Positions 1 to 10,100 of a DNA stretch of 64,000 nt are shown here, in pieces. The notes under the pieces were generated by a model, which worked only from the letters and a program-made list of their open reading frames with translations, searched no databases and was not told the DNA's origin. The stretch covers positions 320,001-384,000 of the forward strand of contig CAWFDF010000008.1 in the NCBI GenBank assembly GCA_963814585.1. Direction: 5' to 3'. A program made the translations under genes and the position numbers. The first letter of the stretch is position 1; each line of letters begins with the position of its first letter. This stretch comes from an uncultured delta proteobacterium. GTDB lineage: Bacteria > Myxococcota > Myxococcia > Myxococcales > Anaeromyxobacteraceae.

Positions 1-1038
1 CGTGTCGCCGGCCGCCGGGTCCACGCCCGCCGCCAGCCGGTCGGCCTTCTCCAGCGTCTCGTAGAGGTAGCCGAGCCGCAGCTCGGCCTCGCCGAGGACC
101 TGGTCCGAGAAGTTGAAGTCGCGCCGGTAGTGGGTGCCGAGCAGGAAGAGCCGCAGCCCCTCGGCGTCGAACTTCTCCAGCACCTGGCGCACCGTGAAGA
201 AGTTGCCCAGCGACTTGGACATCTTCTCGTCGTCGATCTTGACGAAGCCGTTGTGCATCCAGTGGCTGGCGAACTGCTCGGCGTGCACGCCGTCGCCGAA
301 GGCGCAGACCGACTGGGCGATCTCGTTGCTGTGGTGCGGGAAGACGAGGTCCTTGCCGCCGGTGTGGATGTCGAACCGGTCGCCGAGGTGCTTGCGGGTC
401 ATCGCCGAGCACTCGATGTGCCACCCGGGTCGACCCTGGCCCCACGGGCTCGGCCAGCGCGGCTCGCCCGGCTTGGCGCCCTTCCAGAGCGCGAAGTCGA
501 GGGGGTCCTGCTTGGCCTCGCCGGGCTCGACGCGGGCGCCGGCCTTGAGGTCGTCGAGGTCGCGGCGGGAGAGCTTCCCGTAGTCTGGAAAGCGGCGGAC
601 CGGGAAGTAGACGTCGCCGTTGCCGGGGGCATAGGCGAACCCCTTCTTCACCAGCAGCTCGATGAGCGCCACGATCTCGGGGATGTGCTCGGAGACGCGT
701 GGCGCCAACTCGGGACGCAGGCAGCCGACGGCGTCCATGTCCTCCAGGAAGGCGTCGGCGAAGCGCGCGGCCAGCGCCACGGGATCCTCACCCCGCTCGT
801 TGGCGCGCTTGATGATCTTGTCGTCGACGTCGGTGAAGTTGCGGACGTACTTCACGCGGAGGCCGCGCGCCCGCAGGTGCCGGACCACCACGTCCCAGAC
901 CACGTAGCAGCGGGCGTGGCCGAGGTGGGCGTAGTCGTAGACGGTGGGGCCGCAGGCGTAGAGGCCGACCGCCCCCGGCTCGAGGGTGGTCAGCTCGCGC
1001 TTCCGTCCGGACAGGGTGTCGTACAGCACGATGGGCAT
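1..1038 (-). CDS. cysS: Cysteine--tRNA ligase (3' end runs off the window)
   Basis: Manual translation from ATG at 1038: MPIVLYDTLSGRKREL...YACGPTVYDYAHLGHAR (HIGH-like motif), GRPGWHIECS, HNGFVKIDDEKMSKSLGN (KMSKS). Confidence 0.97.
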   Translation of the reverse strand, partial: MPIVLYDTLSGRKRELTTLEPGAVGLYACGPTVYDYAHLGHARCYVVWDVVVRHLRARGLRVKYVRNFTDVDDKIIKRANERGEDPVALAARFADAFLEDMDAVGCLRPELAPRVSEHIPEIVALIELLVKKGFAYAPGNGDVYFPVRRFPDYGKLSRRDLDDLKAGARVEPGEAKQDPLDFALWKGAKPGEPRWPSPWGQGRPGWHIECSAMTRKHLGDRFDIHTGGKDLVFPHHSNEIAQSVCAFGDGVHAEQFASHWMHNGFVKIDDEKMSKSLGNFFTVRQVLEKFDAEGLRLFLLGTHYRRDFNFSDQVLGEAELRLGYLYETLEKADRLAAGVDPAAGDT

Positions 1039-1051
1039 GGATCGGCTCCAG

Positions 1052-1618
1052 TCAGTCGAAGAGGTTCTTCACCAGCGCCCGCAGGTTCACGGCGAGCACG
1101 AGGACCAGCAGCGCCGAGCCCGCCAGCGCCAGCCAGCGATCGCCGGGCCGATCGCCGTCGCGCAGGACCAGCCAGGCGTCCCCCAGCGGCGAGCCGCGCG
1201 ACCGGATGGCGCCCACCACCGGCGCGTAGTCGGCGCGCGAGCGGGCCGGGACCAGCCGCCCCTCGTAGACCGGCGGCCCGCCGCGCCCGGGCCGGTCGAC
1301 CAGCAGGTTGGTGCTGCCCAGCCGCCCCACCGTGCGGGCCTGGCCGCTCCGATCGACCGTCACCGGGACGGTCTCGGCCAGGTCGCCGCGAACCTGCACC
1401 AGCCGGTTCTCGCGGGCCCGCTCGAAGGCGTAGGCGCCCGGCCCGCCGAGGTCGATGGGGGACCGCGAGGCCAGCGCATACAGCGCGTCGGGAGCGAGCT
1501 CCCACAGGAGCCACCCGCAGATCACGGCCACCAGCCAGGCGAAGGCCGGCGAGCGGGCCAGCAGCGGCGACTCGCGCCTCGGCGGCGGCGGCAGGTCGTC
1601 CGGCCCCGGCTCTCTCAT
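1052..1618 (-). CDS. Hypothetical membrane protein (two predicted TM helices)
   Basis: C-terminal part of ORF 1052..2926; ATG at 1618 overlaps the ispDF stop (ATGA); hydrophobic segments FAWLVAVICGWLLW and WLALAGSALLVLVLAV. Confidence 0.75.
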   Translation of the reverse strand: MREPGPDDLPPPPRRESPLLARSPAFAWLVAVICGWLLWELAPDALYALASRSPIDLGGPGAYAFERARENRLVQVRGDLAETVPVTVDRSGQARTVGRLGSTNLLVDRPGRGGPPVYEGRLVPARSRADYAPVVGAIRSRGSPLGDAWLVLRDGDRPGDRWLALAGSALLVLVLAVNLRALVKNLFD

Positions 1619-2775
1619 CGGGCGCTCCGGACCAGCAGGGCCACGGCGTGGGCGGCGATCCCCTCGCCGCGCCCGACGAACCCCATGCCCTCGCCGGTGG
1701 TGGCCTTGACGTTGACCTGGGCGGGGGCGACGCCCAGCGCTTCGGCCAGCCTGGCGCGCATCTCGGCGGCACGCGGCGCGATCTTGGGCTGCCTGGCCGC
1801 CAGGGTGACGTCGGCGTTGCCGATCCGCCAGCCGGCCGCGGCGGCCTGGGCGGCGATCTCGCGCAGCAGCCGGAGCGAGGAGACCCCCTGCCACCGCGGA
1901 TCGGTGTCCGGGAAGTGCCGGCCCAGGTCGCCCAGCCCCGCGGCGCCGAGGATGGCGTCGCCGATGGCGTGGGCGCAGACGTCGGCGTCGGAGTGCCCCA
2001 GCAGCCCGTCGCCCTCGAACTCGACGCCGCCGAGGACGAGCTTCCGCCCCGGCTCGAAGCGGTGACAGTCGTAGGCCACGCCGCTTGCCACCGGGGCCTC
2101 GGTGAGCGCCCTCGCCCTCGCCACGTCCTCCGGCGAGGTGATCTTGAAGTTGCCCGGCTCGCCGGCCACCAGGGTCACCGGCGCTCCCAGGCGCTCGACC
2201 AGGGCGCCGTCGTCGGTGGCGGTGGCGGCCTCGCTCCCGGCCGCCCGGTAGGCGGCCAGGAGCAGGTCGCGCCGGAAGCCCTGCGGCGTCTGGGCCAGCC
2301 AGAGCTCGCGTCGATCGAGGGTCGCCGCCACGCGCGGGGGAGCGCCCGGGCCGGCGCGCTTGACCGTGTCGGTCACCGGCACCGCCGCCAGCGCGGCACC
2401 ATCGCGCGCGGCCGCCTCGGCGACCAGGGTCACCAGCGCCGGGGTCGCGAAGGGCCGGGCCGCGTCGTGGACCAGCACCACGCCACACCCGGAGAGCGCC
2501 TCGAGGCCATGGCGGACCGAGTCGGCCCGCGCCGGACCGCCCGCCACGGCGCGCCCCGGCTTCCCCAGCCCGGCCAGCGCCTCCAGCGCGCGCGGCTCCT
2601 CGCCCGGCGGGACGACCAGCACCAGCTCGTCGACCAGGGCGCTGTCGGCCAGCAGGCGGGCGGAGCGGCGCATGACCGACTCGCCGCCCAGGACCAGCCA
2701 CTGCTTGGCCAGGCCGGCCCGCTGCCCGGAGCCGCCGCCCGCCACGATCGCCCCGACTCTCACACCCAGGATCAT
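1615..2775 (-). CDS. ispDF: Bifunctional MEP cytidylyltransferase / MEcPP synthase IspD-IspF
   Basis: IspD motifs AGGGSGQR..KQW, VLVHDAARP, AQTPQGF, TDD, NFKIT; IspF motifs YDCHRF, GHSDADV, DLGRHFP, NVKATT. Start uncertain (2775, 2763 or 2853). Confidence 0.95.
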   Translation of the reverse strand: MILGVRVGAIVAGGGSGQRAGLAKQWLVLGGESVMRRSARLLADSALVDELVLVVPPGEEPRALEALAGLGKPGRAVAGGPARADSVRHGLEALSGCGVVLVHDAARPFATPALVTLVAEAAARDGAALAAVPVTDTVKRAGPGAPPRVAATLDRRELWLAQTPQGFRRDLLLAAYRAAGSEAATATDDGALVERLGAPVTLVAGEPGNFKITSPEDVARARALTEAPVASGVAYDCHRFEPGRKLVLGGVEFEGDGLLGHSDADVCAHAIGDAILGAAGLGDLGRHFPDTDPRWQGVSSLRLLREIAAQAAAAGWRIGNADVTLAARQPKIAPRAAEMRARLAEALGVAPAQVNVKATTGEGMGFVGRGEGIAAHAVALLVRSAR

Positions 2776-2956
2776 CCCGCGCCTCCGTCGGCCGGCTGCT
2801 CCGGCCGCCGCTGGCATCTTCGCTGCAAAGCCACCCGGCATGTCCACCTCCACCGGGGTTCCGGCCCTCTTCCCGCCGAAACGCGACCGCCGCGCGGACC
2901 TGCGTCCGTGCGGCGGGCACGACCATACCGCCCCGGCGCGAGGCCGGGGGGATCGA

Positions 2957-3448
2957 TCAGCAGTTGAAGATCTTCTTCAGGTCCGACTCGACGTCCTGCT
3001 CGTCGCAGTCCTTGGCGATGGCGAGCTCCTTGATGAGGAGCGACCGGGCCGTGTCGAGCATCTTCCGCTCGCCGAAGGAGAGGTCCTTGTCGGAGCGGAG
3101 CAGGTAGAGGTCGCGCAGCACCTCGGCGATCTCGAAGACCGACCCGGTCTTGATCTTGTCCATGTACTCGCGGTAGCGGCGGTTCCAGGTCGTCGAGTCG
3201 ACCGAGACCTCCTTCTCCCGGAGGATGGAGTAGACCTTCTTGACGTCCTTCTCGCCGATGATCTCGCGGAGGCCGACCGAGTTGACCTTGTTCATCGGGA
3301 TCATGATCTTCATCCCGTTCTCGAGGATCCGGAGCACGTAGAAGGACTGGCGCTGGCCGGCCACCTCCTTGTGCTCGATCCCGAGGACCTCGCCGACCCC
3401 CTGACCGGGGTAGACGGCCTTGTCCCCGACCTTGAAGCTCGGGGACAT
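2957..3448 (-). CDS. cdnL: CarD/CdnL family RNA polymerase-binding transcription factor
   Basis: FKVGDKAVYPGQGVG...WNRRYREY...GSVFEIAEVLRDL; position upstream of ispDF-cysS matches the known myxobacterial cdnL context. Confidence 0.93.
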   Translation of the reverse strand: MSPSFKVGDKAVYPGQGVGEVLGIEHKEVAGQRQSFYVLRILENGMKIMIPMNKVNSVGLREIIGEKDVKKVYSILREKEVSVDSTTWNRRYREYMDKIKTGSVFEIAEVLRDLYLLRSDKDLSFGERKMLDTARSLLIKELAIAKDCDEQDVESDLKKIFNC

Positions 3449-3544
3449 GCTTCCAGACTGTATTCCGGGCATTCAGACCTCCGCTCGCCATGCAGTCTCG
3501 TCCCAGGTGTGACAATCAGGCCGAGGCGGGAGCTTGAATGGGAA

Positions 3545-3573
3545 GAGGTATCACACTTTCCATGGATTGTCAA
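3545..3573 (-). promoter_or_regulatory. Putative sigma70 promoter of cdnL
   Basis: Minus strand TTGACA (3573-3568), 17-bp spacer, TACCTC (3550-3545) preceded by TG. Confidence 0.55.
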
Positions 3574-3633
3574 TATCGCGTGTGATTACGGCCATATGCC
3601 CGTCGCTGCCAGGGGGCCGAGGCGCCCGGTCAT

Positions 3634-5955
3634 ATGAACTCGCGGGCCCCACTGGTCCCCCTGGGGGTTGCCTTCCTGCTCGGCTCCGCCGCTTGCCTGG
3701 CCGGATGGTCACCGCCTGCGCCCCCTTGGGGGCTCCTGCTGCTGGCCGCCTCCCCGCCGCTGGCGCCCGCGGCGTTCGCCGGCGCCGGCTGGCTCGCGGC
3801 CGAGGCGGCCCGGGCGGGTCCAGAGGCGCCTCCGGAGGGTCCAGTCGAGGTCGAAGGAACCATCCGGTCGGTCCCGTCGGCGGTGGGTGACCGGGTGCGT
3901 TACACGCTGGCCGAGCCCGGCGGGCGGCGACTGGAGCTGCTCACGCCGCCTGCCGAGTGGCCGCTGGCCCTGGGCGACAGGGTGCGAATCCTCGTGCTGC
4001 TCCGGTCTCCATCCGGCCCCCGGAACCCTGGCGCCACCGACCAGCGCGCCCGGCTGGCCGCGGTGGGGATCTCGCTGGTCGGCGAGGGGTTGCTCCCCCC
4101 GGTCCGCGTGGCTTCCCCGAGTCCGCTGGCCTGGCTGGAGCGAGGACGTCAGCGCTTCGCCGAGGCGGCCGATCGCCTTCCCGCCCGGGAGGCGTCGGTG
4201 ATCCGGGCCATCGGCACCGGCGACCGGGGGGCCCTCGACCCGGCCACCAGCGAGTCCTTCATCCGGAGCGGGCTCGCGCACGTGCTGGCGGTCTCAGGGC
4301 TCCACCTCGTGGTGGTGGCGGCCGGGCTGGAGCGGATCCTGCGCTGGCTCCTGCTCCGCGCCGGGTGGCTGGCCGAGCGGTTCGAGCCACGGCGGACCGC
4401 CGCGGCCCTCGCCATCCCGGCCACCCTGCTCTACGCGGTGGCGACCGGTGCCGGCTACTCCGTCCTCCGGGCCGCGGTGGCGGCCGGCGTCGTCTTCGCC
4501 GGTTCGGTCTTCGACCGTGAGGGGTCGCCCTCCAACGCGCTGGGGCTGGCCGCGCTGGCCTGCCTCGGCGCCGAGCCGGGCGCCCTGCTCGACCCGTCGC
4601 TCCAGCTCTCGCTCGCCTCGGTGGCCGGGCTGGTCTCGCTGGCCCGGCCGCTGCGAGGCGCGCTCCCGGTGGCGCCGGGCCGGCCGGGGTCCTGGCGGGC
4701 GCGACTGCTGGAGCCGCTCCTCTCCGGGCTCTGCGCCACGGTGGCCGCCAGCCTCGCCACCGCCCCCGTTCTCGCCCTGCAGTTCCGCCGCCTCCCCGTG
4801 CTCGGCCTGGCCGCGAGCCTGGCCGGCATCCCCATCGGCACCGCACTCACCGCCACGACCGCGCTGGCCGCCGTGGTGGCCGCCGCCTCGCCGGCGGCGG
4901 CGCAGCCCCTGCTCTGGCTCAGCTGGCCGCTGGCCCACGCCCTGCTGCTGGTCTCGGACCTGGCCGCGGCACCGAGCTTCGCCGTCCTCGGCGTCGCCTC
5001 GCCCGGACCGCTCCTCACGCTGCTGGCCTGTGGCCTGATCCTGCTGGCGCCTCGCCTCGGCGGCCGGGCGCGCTGGCTGGCCGTGGGCGGCTTCGTCGCC
5101 TGCCTCTCGCTCCCCGGGCCGGTGCGGGGTGCGGCCGCCTCGTCCCGCGGGTGCCTCGAGTGGATCGTGGTCTCGGTGGGCCAGGGCGACGCGTCGATCC
5201 TGCGGCTCCCCGACGGCTCGACGGTCCTGGTCGACGGCGGCGGCACCTTCCCCGGCGGTCCGGACCCCGGAGCCCGTGATCTCGTGCCGCTGCTGCGGGA
5301 CATCGGCGTCACCCGGCTGGCGGCGGTGGTGGTCTCGCACCCGCACCCCGACCACGTCCTCGGCCTGGCCAGCGTGGCGGCGGCGATGCCCGTGGAGCTC
5401 CTGCTCACCGGGGAGGCGGAGCTCCCGGAGCTGGCCCGGGCGGCGCTGGCTGGCCTCCCCGCACCCCGGCGGCTCCGCCCGGGCGAGGCCTGGGAGCGTG
5501 CCGGCGTCCGGCTGGAGGCGGTGGGCGGCCCCCGGGGGGAACTGGTCGAGAACGACGCCTCCCTGGTCCTGCGCGTCGGCTTCGGCACCACCGCCTTCCT
5601 CCTCCCCGGCGACATCGAGGCGGCCGGCGAGGCGGCGGCGCTGTCGGGCGGGCGCGCCCTGGCCGCGGACGTGGTGAAGGTGCCGCACCACGGCAGCCGC
5701 ACCAGCTCCACGGCGCCGTTCGTGGCGGCGGTCCGGCCGCGCTGGGCGGCGCTGAGCGTGGGCGCGGCCAACCGCCACGGCTTCCCGCACCAGGAGACGC
5801 TGGCCCGCTGGCGCGAGGCCGGCGCGGAGATCGCCCGGACCGACCAGGGGGCGATCCGCTTCCTCTCGGACGGCTCGCTGGTGCGCCGGGTCCCGGCCGG
5901 CACGGTGCTCGACCCTATCGCGATCTGGCGGGAGCGTCGTGGAGCCGTGCCGTGA
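3634..5955 (+). CDS. comEC: ComEC/Rec2 DNA internalization competence protein
   Basis: GLAHVLAVSGLH competence-domain motif, many TM helices, C-terminal MBL fold (VGQGDA, SHPHPDH, KVPHHGS). Confidence 0.93.
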   Translation: MNSRAPLVPLGVAFLLGSAACLAGWSPPAPPWGLLLLAASPPLAPAAFAGAGWLAAEAARAGPEAPPEGPVEVEGTIRSVPSAVGDRVRYTLAEPGGRRLELLTPPAEWPLALGDRVRILVLLRSPSGPRNPGATDQRARLAAVGISLVGEGLLPPVRVASPSPLAWLERGRQRFAEAADRLPAREASVIRAIGTGDRGALDPATSESFIRSGLAHVLAVSGLHLVVVAAGLERILRWLLLRAGWLAERFEPRRTAAALAIPATLLYAVATGAGYSVLRAAVAAGVVFAGSVFDREGSPSNALGLAALACLGAEPGALLDPSLQLSLASVAGLVSLARPLRGALPVAPGRPGSWRARLLEPLLSGLCATVAASLATAPVLALQFRRLPVLGLAASLAGIPIGTALTATTALAAVVAAASPAAAQPLLWLSWPLAHALLLVSDLAAAPSFAVLGVASPGPLLTLLACGLILLAPRLGGRARWLAVGGFVACLSLPGPVRGAAASSRGCLEWIVVSVGQGDASILRLPDGSTVLVDGGGTFPGGPDPGARDLVPLLRDIGVTRLAAVVVSHPHPDHVLGLASVAAAMPVELLLTGEAELPELARAALAGLPAPRRLRPGEAWERAGVRLEAVGGPRGELVENDASLVLRVGFGTTAFLLPGDIEAAGEAAALSGGRALAADVVKVPHHGSRTSSTAPFVAAVRPRWAALSVGAANRHGFPHQETLARWREAGAEIARTDQGAIRFLSDGSLVRRVPAGTVLDPIAIWRERRGAVP

Positions 5956-6491
5956 CGGCCGACCGGTCGAAGGCGGAGACGGCTCCGCCCGGGACGGAGG
6001 CCGGGCCTCCTCGTGGCCTGACCCGGATCGACGCCGGCGCCCTGCTCCGGCGCGCGGCCGCCGGTGAGGCGGCGCAGGCCGGGCCCCACCTGGTCATCCG
6101 CGAGCCGCACGCCGCGGAGCGGCTGGTGGCGCTGGCCGGCGCCTGCACGGTGGGGCGCGGCCGGCAGGCCGCGCTGCGGCTCGCCGACCCGAGCGCATCG
6201 CGCCTCCACCTGCGCCTCCGGCTCGACGAGGCGGGGGCCTCGGTCGAGGACCTCGGCTCCCGAAATGGACTGCGGGTCAACGGCGGCCGGACCCAGGGCC
6301 TCCGACGCCTGCGGAGCGGCGACCAGCTCGAGGTGGGCGGGACGTCCCTCCGCTACGTCGACCCACTGGAGCCGGCGCGCTCCGCCGAGCGGCCCACCGG
6401 CCCGCGCTGGCGGCGCCCTCCGCGCGCGGCCCTGCTGGGCTCCGCGGCGGCGCTCCTCGCCCTCGCCTCGGTGGCGATCTGGCTGGAATAG
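5952..6491 (+). CDS. FHA domain protein with C-terminal membrane anchor
   Basis: FHA motifs VGR, SASRLH, EDLGSRNG, LRSGD; GTGA overlap with comEC stop. Confidence 0.85.
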   Translation: MTADRSKAETAPPGTEAGPPRGLTRIDAGALLRRAAAGEAAQAGPHLVIREPHAAERLVALAGACTVGRGRQAALRLADPSASRLHLRLRLDEAGASVEDLGSRNGLRVNGGRTQGLRRLRSGDQLEVGGTSLRYVDPLEPARSAERPTGPRWRRPPRAALLGSAAALLALASVAIWLE

Positions 6492-6506
6492 GCCGCGCGC
6501 GCCACC

Positions 6507-6685
6507 AGTGCCGCGCCCCAGGCAAGATGACGTGACGAGAGAGCCGAGACCGAAGCGAGGCTGGCGCCCGAGGAGGGAGCAGCGGAAGCGTAGCAGCGCT
6601 ACGCTGAGCAGCGGACCGACGAGGCCGCCTGCCGCAGCGAGAGGATCGGCTCTCGCAGTAGGCATCTTGCCTGGGGCGCGGCACT
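6507..6685. mobile_element. 179-bp MITE-like element with perfect 23-bp terminal inverted repeats and nested internal palindromes
   Basis: AGTGCCGCGCCCCAGGCAAGATG (6507-6529) is the exact reverse complement of 6663-6685; inner pair GAGAGCCGA/TCGGCTCTC; central hairpin AGCGTAGC-AGC-GCTACGCT (6587-6605). The repeats are seen directly; mobility is inferred. Confidence 0.7.
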
Positions 6686-7607
6686 AGCGTCCGCCGAGCT
6701 GCTCCAGCCTCTGGCGTGCCGTCACGCGAAGATCCGGCCGGACATCGGTGGCGTCGCTCTCGGCATAGCGCGCGTAGTACTCGGCAGCCCGGGGATCGTC
6801 GAGGTGGCGGAAGGACTCGGCCAGGCCGTAGAGCGGCGTGGCCAGATGGGGCGCCAGCATCAGGGCCAGCTGGTAGTCCCGCGCCGCCTCCCGGTACCGC
6901 CCCAGCCCGTAGAAGGCGCTGGCGCGAGCCGAGATGGCGGCCCCGAACTGCGGGTCGAGCTCGAGCGCCCGGTCGAGCTCGACGATGGCTCCGTTGAAGT
7001 CGCGGGCGCCGATCATGGTGAGCGCGGACCGGTAGCGCCGCGACGCCTCCTGCGGCTCCTTCACGACCGGGGCGATGGCCGGCAGGGCGCCCGCCGCAGG
7101 GGACGCTCCGGCGTCCTCGGTGAGCCGGTAGACCAGCTGGGAGGGCGGCGTGGCGGGGGCCGGGCGCGGCATCGCGCCAGGCAGCACCGCGGGGGCGGCG
7201 GCCCTGGCAGGCTGGGGCGGGCTGGCCAGCTCCTCGAGCAGCTTCCTGGCCTCGGCGCTGGCCGGATCGAGGTCGAGCGCCAGCTTCAGCTGCTGCTCGG
7301 CCTGGCCCGGGTGGCCCAGCCGGAGGTAGGCCCGGGCCAGCCTGATGCGCGCGGCGACGCTGGTGGAGTCGAGGTAGACCGCGTCCTGGTACGCGAAGAG
7401 GGCCGTCCGGTGGTCTCCCGAGAGATAGGCCCGGTCCCCCGCCCCCAGCTTCTCGACGAGGACGCTCGCCGGCGGGGCCAGGGGCGCCGCGACCTCGGCT
7501 CCGGGTGCCGGCGCGGGCATGGTGTTGCCTGCCGCGGCGGGCGACTGGGCGGCCGCGATTCCGGCGGGCGCCTCGAGCAGGAGGACGGCGAGGGTCACGA
7601 AGCGCAT
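6684..7607 (-). CDS. Secreted tetratricopeptide repeat protein
   Basis: MRFVTLAVLLL signal-like N-terminus; two TPR clusters (ARIRLARAYLRLG..ALDLDP; ALELDP..ASAFYGLGRYREA). Confidence 0.8.
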   Translation of the reverse strand: MRFVTLAVLLLEAPAGIAAAQSPAAAGNTMPAPAPGAEVAAPLAPPASVLVEKLGAGDRAYLSGDHRTALFAYQDAVYLDSTSVAARIRLARAYLRLGHPGQAEQQLKLALDLDPASAEARKLLEELASPPQPARAAAPAVLPGAMPRPAPATPPSQLVYRLTEDAGASPAAGALPAIAPVVKEPQEASRRYRSALTMIGARDFNGAIVELDRALELDPQFGAAISARASAFYGLGRYREAARDYQLALMLAPHLATPLYGLAESFRHLDDPRAAEYYARYAESDATDVRPDLRVTARQRLEQLGGR

Positions 7608-7654
7608 GATCGAGGCTCTCGGCGAGGCGCGCCTTCCCGGGCAGCCCCGGGGAC

Positions 7655-9034
<1,380 letters not shown>

Positions 9035-9057
9035 CTACCAGCAGGGGCGCGTCACCG

Positions 9058-10087
9058 CTAGCGACGCGATGCCGGCGGTCGCCTGCGCCTCCGCCCGGGA
9101 GGAGCGAGCCTGGTCCGCTCCAGGGCCTGGGTGGCGAACTCGAGGTCGATGCCGAAGCCGATGGCCGGCCCGGGCCGGCCGAAGCGGCCGAGCAGCTCGT
9201 CGTAGCGTCCGCCGGCGGCCACCGCGGCCCCCGCCCCCGGCGCGTAGCCCGCGAAGGTGAGCCCGGTGTAGTAGCCCAGCCCGCGCGCCTCGCCGAGGTC
9301 GACCGCCACGTCGCCCAGCCCTTGCCGTCGTGCCAGCCTGAGCGCCGACTCCACCTCGCCCAGCGCCGGCCGGCAAGCCGGCACCGCGCGCGCGAAGGCC
9401 CGGGCCCGCTTCAGCGCCCCGTCCCCGTAGAGCCCGGCCAGCTGCGGCAGGGCCTGTCGGGCCTCGGCAGCGCCTCGCCCCCTGGACGCCAGCCGGGCCA
9501 GCGACCCCCTCGTCCTTGCGGGCCAGCCCGTCCCAGGCTTCGGCCAGGGCGCGCCTCGGCAACCCGGCCGCCTCGATCGCCGCGGCGGCGAAGCGGGCGT
9601 GTCCGACCTCGATGACGGCCGAGCCCAGCCCCACCCGCGCCAGGGCCCGGGCCAGGACCACCAGCGCCTCGGCGTCGTACCGGGCGCCGCCGACACCCAG
9701 CAGCTCCACGCCGGCCTGGTAGACCTCGCGCGGCCGGCCTGCCCGGGCCTCGCGGGCGCGCAGCACCGGGCCGTCGTAGCAGAGCCTCGCCGGCGACGGC
9801 AGCGCGTCCGGGCGGGCCGCGTAGAGCCTGGCGATCTGCGGCGTGATGTCCGGCCGGATGGCCACCACCTCGCCCGAGCCCGGCTCGACGAACTTCATGA
9901 CGTCGGCGAGCGCGGCCGCCGAGAGGCCGCGCTCCACCACGTCGAGCCGTTCCAGGGTCGGCAGGAAGAGCCGCCGGTAACCGAAGCTGGCGAAGACCTG
10001 CTGCAGCCGCCCCGAGAGCTCGGCCAGGTGGGCCGAGTGGTCGGGAAGCAGGTCGCGCAGGCCGGTGGGGAGCGAGAGATCGAGCAT
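9058..10087 (-). CDS. hisZ: ATP phosphoribosyltransferase regulatory subunit (one frameshift at about 9505-9509 in this sequence)
   Basis: N-half LPTGLRDLLP, IRPDITPQIAR, REVYQAGVEL in ORF 9035..10087; C-half DLGEARGLGYYTG, GGRYDELL, PAIGFGIDLE in the frame of 9058..9696; serA-hisZ-purA order. Confidence 0.9.
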
Positions 10088-10100
10088 GGGGCCCCTGCCG

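Noticed and set aside
130..2967. 945-aa plus-strand ORF and many similar long ORFs (e.g. 4455..6665, 26213..29194, 31157..34063, 56405..58279)
   Set aside because: Antisense or off-frame shadows of recognisable genes; stop codons are scarce at this GC content and the translations are R/P/G/A-rich without motifs.
3505..3600. CRP boxes from three TGTGA half-sites
   Set aside because: None has a matching TCACA at the required 6-bp spacing.
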